IMG/VR virus record: IMGVR_UViG_3300044708_000091
Coordinates: 1 to 38,615 of that record
Strand: one strand, 5' to 3'
Origin: a virus
Lineage: Duplodnaviria > Caudoviricetes
Length of the DNA stretch: 38,615 bases
In this document: positions 8,530 to 15,757 of the stretch, piece after piece
Position numbering within the stretch: the first letter of the stretch is position 1
Layout of the letters: each line of letters opens with the position of its first letter
Made by a program: the position numbers and the translations under genes
The notes under the pieces: model-generated
Told to the model about the DNA's origin: nothing
Database searches by the model: none
Seen by the model: only the letters and a program-made list of their open reading frames with translations

Positions 8530-8906
8530 TACGGGGCTCCGACGAGGATTGCGATGTAGATGACAGAGCCGTCAGTGGGCGTGGCCGGCGTGTCTGCGGT
8601 TTCGGTCGTGGTTTCGAATGCGTATGTGCCGGAAGCGGTCAGGCCCTCGCAGTGCACAGACTGGCCCACGCCAGCTGCTTCAGCGTTGCGGTCGACAATG
8701 ACGTTCAGCCAGTGCGCCGTCACGCCCGCGGGGAACGTGCCGGTGAATTGCCCAGCCGTCCCGAGCGCGATCGTGGTGTCGGGCGAGCTGGCAGCGGCGT
8801 CACGCACTGGCGCGCCTGCCGTCATGGTGGCCCTGATCACGACGACGTTCAGGTCGCCGAGCATCTTGGGCCCGTACAGGTTTTGCGCGTAGCCTTCTTT
8901 TGCCAT
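8529..8906 (-). CDS. Putative capsid-associated/decoration protein
   Basis: 125 aa, beta-rich, shortly downstream of the major capsid gene. Confidence 0.55.
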   Translation of the reverse strand: MAKEGYAQNLYGPKMLGDLNVVVIRATMTAGAPVRDAAASSPDTTIALGTAGQFTGTFPAGVTAHWLNVIVDRNAEAAGVGQSVHCEGLTASGTYAFETTTETADTPATPTDGSVIYIAILVGAP

Positions 8907-8907
8907 G

Positions 8908-9120
8908 TCAGATGAATCGTTTCAGGTAGAGAAGGAGAGCAGCGATGCGCGCTGGATCGTCCTTCAGATTGCCGAGCGCGTGGTTGCACGCCCGACAGAG
9001 CCAACCGCGCGCGACGCCTGTTGCGTGATCGTGGTCGAGGTAGAGAGGTGATTGAAACTCGCGACACACCTCGCAGAGGCCATCGCGCGTCTCGCCCGCG
9101 GAAACGTTAGACAGTTGTAC
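8908..9120 (-). pseudogene. Endonuclease VII-like (His-Me finger) domain with no canonical full-length start
   Basis: Frame reads ...GLCEVCREFQSPLYLDHDHATGVARGWLCRACNHALGNLKDDPARIAALLLYLKRFI*, with CxxC, DHDH and RGxLCxxCN motifs. Upstream in-frame TGA at 9121-9123; no ATG. Confidence 0.7.
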
Positions 9121-10393
9121 TCAAGCGTACATGCTTCCAGGGGGCCGACATCTTGGCCGCGATGTACGACACGGGCCGAAGCTCGAGGTCGTTGGAGTTG
9201 GCCATGCGCGAGACGATCGCGCCGTCCTGGTCAACCATCTCGGCAACCGTCCCGGTGGGGGTGTGCCAGACGATGTCATCCTGAGCGAGCAGGAAGCACG
9301 TGCCGCGCGGGCACTGGGGCTCAGAGATGAGCTTCAGCGGGCCGTTGGCGGTCGTGATCTCGAGGTACTGGTAGCCATCCTCGGCCGTCTTGGCCGGGTC
9401 GCGCGCGAGGTGCGTGGTGAGCTCCTCTTCGCACTTGCCCCAATCGATCGGGTTCATGTAGCAGCAGTCGATCTCCGACTCGTCTGCCATGTAGCCCAGC
9501 TGCTCACGGTGCTCGTTCACCACGCGCTTGATGCGCGCGCTGATGCTCTTGCCCGAGAGGCTGGTGTCCGCGACGCGGAAGCCGCACAGGATCGAGTCGA
9601 TCGAGCGGTCCACGTTGTGCAGGGTCGAAGTCTGCACAGAGCTCGGCAGGTACGCCTGCAGCGGCGTGATCATGTCGATCGCGCCAGAGGTGGTGGGCAG
9701 GAACTCGCCGCGCCGGAAGTAGAAGTAGGACGTGGCGGCCCAGTTGGCCGGGGCTGCAGCTGCTCCACCGGAGACGTTGCTGACCGTGACGGTCAGGGCC
9801 GTGAAGTCGCGGCTGACCACGTAGCCAGCGCCAGCGCCCGCCACGATCACGTCGGTGGACGTGTTGCCGGCGGACAGCGACGGGAAGATCTCGTCGCCGG
9901 GAATGAAGTTGGAGACCTCACGCGCGTTGTTCAGCGTGATCACGCCCGCGGCGTGAGCGCGCGCGGCGTCGGTCAGAGCGTAGCCCGGGTTGCTGAAGAA
10001 CAGCCGAACCAGGTTGGCCCCGCGCTGCTTGAGCGCGAGATCCACGTCGAACTGCAGAGCGCGCGCCGCGGCGTCCTTGTCCTTGCGGGACAGGGCGATA
10101 TCGCGGTGGGGCACGCGGACCGAGCCCTCGTAGGTGCCGTAGGGCACGAGCCAGCGCAGCTTGCGCGAGGCCTTCTGGTTGGCACTCACGGTCTGGGCCG
10201 ACGCTAGGTCGCCCGAGTCACCGCGATGGCCGTAGATCACGAACGGCTGAGCAACGGCTTCGCCGCCGGTCTCTTCGTATCGGACGCGCTGCAGCCAGGG
10301 AGAAGACTTGATGCTGGGAGCGTGGATCTTGTCCAGCTTCAGGTACCAGCGGTTGAGCCACTGAAGGGCAAAACTAGTAGGGGTTGCGGCCAC
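9107..10393 (-). CDS. Major capsid protein
   Basis: 428 aa, GTG start with GGAGG RBS, first gene of the structural arm; C-terminal YMNPxDW and KLISEPQCPRGTCFLL are typical of HK97-fold capsids. Confidence 0.8.
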   Translation of the reverse strand: MAATPTSFALQWLNRWYLKLDKIHAPSIKSSPWLQRVRYEETGGEAVAQPFVIYGHRGDSGDLASAQTVSANQKASRKLRWLVPYGTYEGSVRVPHRDIALSRKDKDAAARALQFDVDLALKQRGANLVRLFFSNPGYALTDAARAHAAGVITLNNAREVSNFIPGDEIFPSLSAGNTSTDVIVAGAGAGYVVSRDFTALTVTVSNVSGGAAAAPANWAATSYFYFRRGEFLPTTSGAIDMITPLQAYLPSSVQTSTLHNVDRSIDSILCGFRVADTSLSGKSISARIKRVVNEHREQLGYMADESEIDCCYMNPIDWGKCEEELTTHLARDPAKTAEDGYQYLEITTANGPLKLISEPQCPRGTCFLLAQDDIVWHTPTGTVAEMVDQDGAIVSRMANSNDLELRPVSYIAAKMSAPWKHVRLSTTV

Positions 10394-10515
10394 TTAGGGC
10401 CTCCGAGGATTGACTGGGAACGCTCTGGGAACAGCCAGCGCACCGAGTAGCAATGCTACCCACTCCAGTTTTTCAGGTCGGGAGGCGACCGCAGAGAGGA
10501 CAGCCTCTCACTCTA

Positions 10516-10544
10516 AGTATGGGCACGAGTCGTGCCAAAGTCAA
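10516..10544 (-). promoter_or_regulatory. Sigma70-like promoter for the capsid operon with a palindromic spacer
   Basis: Minus strand TTGACT-17 nt-CATACT; spacer contains the dyad GGCACGA-C-TCGTGCC (10522-10536). Confidence 0.65.
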
Positions 10545-10549
10545 GCACG

Positions 10550-10583
10550 AAAAACAGCAAGGCCCCGGATTTCTCCGAGGCCC
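10550..10583 (-). terminator. Intrinsic terminator
   Basis: Minus strand GGCCTCGGA-GAAA-TCCGGGGCC followed by TTGCTGTTTTT. Confidence 0.75.
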
Positions 10584-10584
10584 T

Positions 10585-10830
10585 GTGCCACACCGCTGAT
10601 CGACCGTGTGGGCGCATCTAGGTGGCTTTCGGTCCACTCCGCCCGTGCCCCGTTTTTCGACAGTGGGCGAGTCGTGCTGTATCCGCCGGAGCGGGCCGCT
10701 TGCGCGTTCAGCCTCGGGCGTCTTGCGCCCTATGCAGAGGTGAACGGCGCTGTTCGTCAGCCCTAAAGAAGAATCGTACGTGTGCCGCTACAGCTCTCCC
10801 GGCTGTGGCACTGTGCACCTGCGTCATTTT
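10585..10830 (-). ncRNA. Candidate structured non-coding RNA
   Basis: No convincing ORF. Consecutive hairpins, several with GCAA, UCCG or GAAA loops on the minus strand, end at the terminator above. Confidence 0.45.
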
Positions 10831-10835
10831 TCAGC

Positions 10836-10864
10836 TTTACCCTGACGGGGTGAATCCGTACATT
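10836..10864 (+). promoter_or_regulatory. Putative promoter for a leaderless transcript
   Basis: TTTACC-17 nt-TACATT, then 6 nt to ATG 10871; no SD. Confidence 0.5.
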
Positions 10865-10870
10865 CGGGGC

Positions 10871-11209
10871 ATGAAAAAACGAACCGTCAACTACGCTGCT
10901 CCAGTCACCCGCGGTCGCACCGTGTTACTCGAGGCGCGGCTGCTCGCCGAGATCGCCGCGACCCACGGCGGCCTGACCATGCGCGAGCTCGGGGATAGCC
11001 TCGGCTGCGGCCGGGTAGATGCGACCTACCACTGCAAGCGCCTGGCCGCGAACGGCGAGCTGGTGCTGCAGGTCGAGCCGTGTGACGACAACTCGGGCAT
11101 CCGGCTGCGCGCGTGGGACCTGGACCAGTGCATCAGGCGATCTCGCCCGGCGCCGGCCCAGAGCGAGATCAGCGAGCTCGGGCCGCGCTCGAAGCGCGCA
11201 GCCTCATGA
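10871..11209 (+). CDS. Winged helix-turn-helix DNA-binding protein (112 aa)
   Basis: RLLAEIAATHGGLTMRELGDSLGCGRVDATYHCKRLAANGELV fits the wHTH pattern; isolated plus-strand gene. Confidence 0.75.
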   Translation: MKKRTVNYAAPVTRGRTVLLEARLLAEIAATHGGLTMRELGDSLGCGRVDATYHCKRLAANGELVLQVEPCDDNSGIRLRAWDLDQCIRRSRPAPAQSEISELGPRSKRAAS

Positions 11210-11443
11210 GCGGCGCTTCGTTGACCCGTCGTGGAACGGGATTGGCTTGCCCTGCCGCGCGGCCACCGCGCATTGTTCACGCTCCCACTCGCGCGTGCAC
11301 TCTCGCGGCACGAGCAGCCCATCGTTGCGGGGCAGGTAGGTGTCGGGCGAGTCGCCCTCCAGGTAGGCCTCGAAGCAGCGCGAGCAGGCCGGCTTCTGCG
11401 CGCTCTTGCGCTTGCCGCACTTGCACTTGTGGCTTGTGTTCAC
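11204..11443 (-). CDS. Small Cys-rich (CxC...CxxC) protein, 79 aa
   Basis: GTG start at 11443 (GTGA overlap): MNTSHKCKCGKRKSAQKPACSRC... Confidence 0.6.
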   Translation of the reverse strand: MNTSHKCKCGKRKSAQKPACSRCFEAYLEGDSPDTYLPRNDGLLVPRECTREWEREQCAVAARQGKPIPFHDGSTKRRS

Positions 11444-11664
11444 GGGATCTTCTTTGGCGCAGGTGGCGGCAGGACGGCGGCGGGCATGGCGGGCGGGGTG
11501 TGGCGGCGCGCGTGCTTGCGGGCGACCAGGGCGGCAGTGGCGACGAGCTGGCGGCTGAGCTTCCAAGCCCAGGCATCGCCGCGCGTCAGGCCCTCGATCA
11601 TCTGGGCCACCGTTATGCGGCGCAGGTCGACGGTCGGGTGAAGGGGCAGCGGGGGCGGGCTCAT
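11440..11664 (-). CDS. Hypothetical protein
   Basis: 74 aa, coupled by 4-bp overlaps. Confidence 0.55.
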   Translation of the reverse strand: MSPPPLPLHPTVDLRRITVAQMIEGLTRGDAWAWKLSRQLVATAALVARKHARRHTPPAMPAAVLPPPAPKKIP

Positions 11665-11843
11665 GGCGATCCTTGTTTTTCAGCCTGCAGAGCGCGCAGC
11701 TGGTCGTCAGACAGCGCGGCGCGGATGAGCGCTGCCGCGGCGGGCGTGGCGCTGGCGAGCAGCTCTTGAACGCGCTCGGCGTTAGCTTCTAGGGCTTCCC
11801 TGTACCAGCCGATGGGCTGGCCGTTGAACGTGTAGCTGCTCAT
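11661..11843 (-). CDS. Hypothetical protein
   Basis: 60 aa, coupled by ATGA overlaps. Confidence 0.6.
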   Translation of the reverse strand: MSSYTFNGQPIGWYREALEANAERVQELLASATPAAAALIRAALSDDQLRALQAEKQGSP

Positions 11844-12076
11844 CGTAGCCCCGCTTGTTTTTCAACCCACTGGGCTGCCTCGGCGAGCGTGAGGAACTCG
11901 CACATGCGATACTGAAAGTTCGCGCTCCAGAAGTAGTGTACCTTGTAGGCCCAGCCTACGCAGACGTATTCATCGACTAGTTTCCAGTCTTCGCCTTCAG
12001 AACCGCGTCCGAAGATCGATGATCTGGGCAGGTCAGTGTTGTGTTCGGGCACCCACTCAAACTTCGGCTTGATCAC
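11840..12076 (-). CDS. Hypothetical protein (78 aa)
   Basis: GTG start at 12076 overlaps the upstream stop; aromatic-rich. Confidence 0.6.
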   Translation of the reverse strand: MIKPKFEWVPEHNTDLPRSSIFGRGSEGEDWKLVDEYVCVGWAYKVHYFWSANFQYRMCEFLTLAEAAQWVEKQAGLR

Positions 12077-12564
12077 AGCGTAGCCCCTTCCACCCACTCG
12101 ACGTCGCGATCGGTGATATCGCCGTCCAGCGAGCCGCCATTACACATCAGGTCGTCACCCGGCATGACCTCGCAGGGCAGGTGGTGCTGGCTGTGGTTGG
12201 CCGTGTGTGAGTCGCGGATCAGGTGTCCCATCTCGTGACGGATGACCATGGGCAGGCGCGGGTCATTCAGCGCACCGTCGAGAATCCACATACGAGCCCC
12301 GCCAGCGCATCCGAGCGCGTGGACGCCCTCAGGTAGCCCGCACGTGTCGTCGAGCTCACCTTGAGCCCGCCAGGCGGCGGCGTCGATGTACGGGACGGCC
12401 ACGCCCGCGTCGCGCCACTCGCTGGCCGCAATGGCCAGGGCGCCGAGCAGCTCGGGCGGGCCTTCGGTGGCCGCGAGCGGGGCAGTCGAGCCTTCGAACT
12501 CGAGCGTCAGGTCGGCGCCGCAGGCAGGCAGCGCGAGGAGCAGCAGGGCGAGTAGCTTCGTCAT
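12073..12564 (-). CDS. Lipoprotein with zinc-metalloprotease (HExxH) motif
   Basis: Signal MTKLLALLLLALPA-C; HEMGH followed by a His-rich stretch and DDLMC (possible Met-turn). Confidence 0.7.
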   Translation of the reverse strand: MTKLLALLLLALPACGADLTLEFEGSTAPLAATEGPPELLGALAIAASEWRDAGVAVPYIDAAAWRAQGELDDTCGLPEGVHALGCAGGARMWILDGALNDPRLPMVIRHEMGHLIRDSHTANHSQHHLPCEVMPGDDLMCNGGSLDGDITDRDVEWVEGATL

Positions 12565-12570
12565 GTTGTT

Positions 12571-12598
12571 AGCTTAACCTTGTTTTTCAGGGTGTCCA
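12571..12598 (-). promoter_or_regulatory. Putative leaderless promoter with CTGAAAAACAAG in the spacer
   Basis: TGGACA-CC-CTGAAAAACAAG-GT-TAAGCT-6 nt-ATG(12564); a second motif copy lies just upstream (12600-12610). Confidence 0.6.
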
Positions 12599-12606
12599 GT
12601 TGTTTT

Positions 12607-12792
12607 TCAGCCCCGGCGGGTCGTGAGGTCGACTTCCACGATGTCCAGGATATGCCCGTCAGCGCCGACGAGCTGGACGAACCGGCGGCCGTGGCGCCAG
12701 GCGCGGTTGCGCGCGTACGCTATCAGGCTGGCGCGGGAGGCGCCGCAGTAGGTGGCGGTTTCGGAGGGCGAGAGGTAAATCGTGGCGAGCAT
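12607..12792 (-). CDS. Small protein with excisionase/AlpA-like HTH N-terminus
   Basis: YLSPSETATYCGASRASL resembles the HTH_17-type pattern. Confidence 0.45.
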   Translation of the reverse strand: MLATIYLSPSETATYCGASRASLIAYARNRAWRHGRRFVQLVGADGHILDIVEVDLTTRRG

Positions 12793-12835
12793 GACTTAGT
12801 GAACGGGCGGGCGGGTCGATCCTTGAGAAGTTTTT

Positions 12836-12920
12836 CATCCTGCAGGGTCCTGCATAGTCTATATAGACCCCCACGTGTCCGAGACCCTATATGTAGACCC
12901 TGCAGTACCCTGCAGGCTTT
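12836..12920. repeat. Intergenic inverted and direct repeats (origin candidate)
   Basis: CTGCAGGGTC (12840-12849) / GACCCTGCAG (12896-12905) inverted pair; palindrome GTCTATATAGAC (12857-12868); three AGACCC. Confidence 0.5.
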
Positions 12921-12940
12921 CGACCAAGTAGTGGAGATCA

Positions 12941-14989
12941 TTAGAATTCGACCCCTAGGCCGACGTAGATGTTACCCTTGCTGGTCTTCTTTTTCGGGTA
13001 TAAACGCGCAAGATCGGCCTCTCCGAGGCGTCTACCCATGGCAGTTTCGGTCATCGGCGCGTCGTTTTTGCCCTTTGAACGCTCCCAAAGTTGCCAGATA
13101 GAGCGGCCACTGGAGCCCTCACCGCTCGGTTGTGAGGCGAGCCACTGCACGAACGGCTCGGCCATGCGCTCAGCCTGTACCGAACGCGCACGCTCAGGCA
13201 TGGGCAGCGGCCCGCCCCTGGCCGCTGCCTCTAGCGCGCACCGGACGATCATGACCAGCGCCGCCGGCACGTACGTGGGTAGCACTTCGTCAGCCCAGCG
13301 CTGGTCAGAAGGGAACGTGCGGGTGAGGGGCAGGAACAGCGCGCGCGCTCTCATGGCGCCGTCCGCCCCTTCCGGCACGTCATTGCCCGTGATCCAGATC
13401 AGGCCGTGGGGCTTCAGGTCGCGGGCCGACTTGTACTTGCCGGCCACGCTGACCGTGTCCTGCCCGCCCGACGAGAAAGCCTTGATGACCGGATGCCAGC
13501 GCCCGCCGGGCATCTCGGCGCTGGTGATGAGCCGCGCGCCGCGCGTGCGGCTGAGCTGCTCTTGGCGCTCGCTCTCGGTCGTGCCGCGCAGCCACGTCTC
13601 CGGGCTCACGCTGGCCGTGTAGCCGCCGAGCGCCCTCTCGATCAGCGCAGTGAGTGAGCTCTTGCCCGTGCCCGTTGGGCCGTAGCAATTGACGAACGTG
13701 CGTTTGCCGCGGCCCAGCGCAGCCTCACCAGCCAACGACCAGGCGTAGGCCGCCAGGTCCGGCTCGCCGTCGCACCAGTCGAGCATCAGGGCCTCTACGC
13801 GCCCCGTGTCGAGCGTGTCGTCATAGCGCGCCCCTGCTGTGCGCGTGCAATACTGCTGTGGGTCGTGTGGGCGCAGTTCGCCGGTGCGCAGATCAATCAA
13901 CCCGTTGCGCGCGTTCAACACCCACGGGTCTGTGTCGGTTTCGGGCATCGTGTAGCGCCTGTGGTCGCGCAGCAGGTCCGCGCGGCGCCTGTTGCGCGCG
14001 CCGGTCTCCAGCCCGTTGATCTCGGGCCGAGCAGCGTGGACGAAGGCCTCGGCGTGAGCCTCACCCGCCGGCACCCACGCGCCCTCGCCGCCGAGCAGGT
14101 ACCAGGGCTGCGCCTGGTTGGCCTCGTTCCGCCTGAGCTCGAGCGGGCGTGCCGTTTCGATATCGCTCTGGCCGAGCAGCGCCAGCCCGTACTCTTGCAG
14201 CCTGCGCGCCCCGTTCCACTGCCCGCGCTCGCCGTCCCGCACGGAGCGGAACGCGCTCATCGCGCTCGCCACGTGGCGCGCGTTCTGCCCGGTCAGGGCC
14301 GCAGTGCAGTAGGCCAGCGCGGCGTCCTCTGCCCATCGGTGCTGGGCCAGCATGGCGCCGAGGTGGCCCGCCTTGTCGTTCGTCCCCTCAGGCTCGGCCA
14401 GCAGCTTATCGAGCGAGGCGCGATCCCAAGCCTCGAGCCCCGCCGTCGCGCCCGCGCTCTTCTTAGCCTTGCGTTCAGGCTTCGCCTGCGCAGCCAGCAC
14501 AGGCATGCGCTCGCCCTGGTACGCGATTACCGACCCGCCAGGCGCGGGCGAGAACAGGAACCGGCTCACGTCCCGCGCGCGCTTGTCCGCGCCGGCCTTG
14601 ACCCAAGGCGTGATAGTGGCCTCGTATTCTTCAGCCGTGGCCAGGCGCTCAAGGTGGATGAGCGCGTGCCAGTTGCCGCTGTGAGACTGCACCTCCACGC
14701 GCTCGAAGCGCTGCAGCGCCTCGGGCAGCGCCGAGTGGTCCACGTCGAGCACCAGCCACTCGCTGCCCTTGATATTCACCTTGCGCCGCGGGCCGCGCGG
14801 GTCGATCAGCTCGGCCAGCACGTAGCCCGGCGAGCCGAGCTTGAGCGTGCACTTACCGTCGCCCCCCAATACGCACCGTGTGCCGTCGCAGAGCCCGTTG
14901 TGAGGGATCGTGGCAGCCACGTCCTCCACTGTCTCTGCGTGGTGGTATATGAAAGGCGGCGAATCGGACTTGTTTTTCAGGAAGTGCAT
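12941..14989 (-). CDS. Primase-helicase (AEP primase + D5/P4-type SF3 helicase), 682 aa
   Basis: WLVLDVDH and SHSGNWH primase motifs; D5_N-like LNARNGLIDLRTGELRPHDP; Walker A GPTGTGKS. Start taken at ATG 14989. Confidence 0.9.
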   Translation of the reverse strand: MHFLKNKSDSPPFIYHHAETVEDVAATIPHNGLCDGTRCVLGGDGKCTLKLGSPGYVLAELIDPRGPRRKVNIKGSEWLVLDVDHSALPEALQRFERVEVQSHSGNWHALIHLERLATAEEYEATITPWVKAGADKRARDVSRFLFSPAPGGSVIAYQGERMPVLAAQAKPERKAKKSAGATAGLEAWDRASLDKLLAEPEGTNDKAGHLGAMLAQHRWAEDAALAYCTAALTGQNARHVASAMSAFRSVRDGERGQWNGARRLQEYGLALLGQSDIETARPLELRRNEANQAQPWYLLGGEGAWVPAGEAHAEAFVHAARPEINGLETGARNRRRADLLRDHRRYTMPETDTDPWVLNARNGLIDLRTGELRPHDPQQYCTRTAGARYDDTLDTGRVEALMLDWCDGEPDLAAYAWSLAGEAALGRGKRTFVNCYGPTGTGKSSLTALIERALGGYTASVSPETWLRGTTESERQEQLSRTRGARLITSAEMPGGRWHPVIKAFSSGGQDTVSVAGKYKSARDLKPHGLIWITGNDVPEGADGAMRARALFLPLTRTFPSDQRWADEVLPTYVPAALVMIVRCALEAAARGGPLPMPERARSVQAERMAEPFVQWLASQPSGEGSSGRSIWQLWERSKGKNDAPMTETAMGRRLGEADLARLYPKKKTSKGNIYVGLGVEF

Positions 14990-15142
14990 GGTATCTTCTC
15001 TTGTGTGGGCGACCGCTTGTGTGGGCAGGAAGCAACTGCGCAGGCGGTCGTCTGTTGTTTCGAGTGTGACACGCACACAGCTGAAAAACAAGCGCTTGCG
15101 CACCCTGAAAAACAAGTCAAGCTCAAGCGTAGGAGAACGAAC
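14990..15142. promoter_or_regulatory. Divergent control region with two CTGAAAAACAAG sites
   Basis: Gap between divergent operons; motifs at 15081 and 15105; TTGCGC-16 nt-CAAGCT brackets the second; AGGAGA RBS before ATG 15143. Confidence 0.6.
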
Positions 15143-15757
15143 ATGATCGATATCAAACACCGTTACACAGGCGCCGTCCTTACAACCGTTGACGCCGCGA
15201 ACCTGCGCGGCGCGGACCTGAGCCGCGCGAACCTGCGCGACGCGAACCTGCGCGGCGCGGACCTGAGCTGCGCGGACCTGAGCCGCGCGGACCTGCGCGA
15301 CGCGGACCTGAGCGACGCGGACCTGAGCCGCGCGGACCTGCGCGACGCGGACCTGAGCGACGCGGACCTGAGCTGCGCGGACCTGAGCCGCGCGAACCTG
15401 CGCGACGCGAACCTGCGCGACGCGAACCTGCGCGGCGCGAACCTGCGCGACGCGAACCTGCGCGACGCGAACCTGCGCGGCGCGGACCTGCGCGGCGCGA
15501 CGCTACCCACGGGCGAGACGTGGGAAGTGTATTGCGCAGAAGTAGTGCCAGCGCTGCTCATCGCGGGCGGCAGCGCTGTCACGCCCGATGCCTGGCAGTG
15601 TCACAACTGGAGCAACTGCCTGATGGCCTGCGCCTTCGGCGCGAAAGGGCTGCAGGACGTGCCCGTGCTCTTCAGGCCCAGAGCCGAGCAGCTGATCCAG
15701 TTCTTCGACGCTGGGCTGCTCGACCATCTGGCGCCGAAGTGCGAGACACCCGCGTGA
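15143..15757 (+). CDS. Pentapeptide repeat protein (204 aa)
   Basis: 20 A(D/N)Lxx repeats; strong RBS. Confidence 0.9.
   Translation: MIDIKHRYTGAVLTTVDAANLRGADLSRANLRDANLRGADLSCADLSRADLRDADLSDADLSRADLRDADLSDADLSCADLSRANLRDANLRDANLRGANLRDANLRDANLRGADLRGATLPTGETWEVYCAEVVPALLIAGGSAVTPDAWQCHNWSNCLMACAFGAKGLQDVPVLFRPRAEQLIQFFDAGLLDHLAPKCETPA
15197..15496 (+). repeat. 20 x 15-bp coding tandem repeat
   Basis: Units such as GCGAACCTGCGCGAC and GCGGACCTGAGCCGC encode the pentapeptides. Confidence 0.95.

Noticed and set aside
10650-10765. Hammerhead-like CTGACGA...GAAA on the minus strand
   Set aside because: Stem II closure is imperfect and no stem III/NUH arrangement could be built; kept only as part of the general ncRNA candidate.
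10871-12792. Integration/lysogeny module
   Set aside because: HTH proteins are present, but no tyrosine or serine recombinase or partition gene was recognised; lifestyle is left undetermined.
15197-15496. CRISPR-like repeat array next to a Cas4-like gene
   Set aside because: Contiguous 15-bp coding units with no spacers; solo Cas4-like nucleases are common in phages.
12941-15757. Longer ORF-track starts (primase from 15160; 630-aa ORF from 13865)
   Set aside because: They would overlap the divergent gene and control region; better starts with RBS-like sequences lie at 14989 and 15143.
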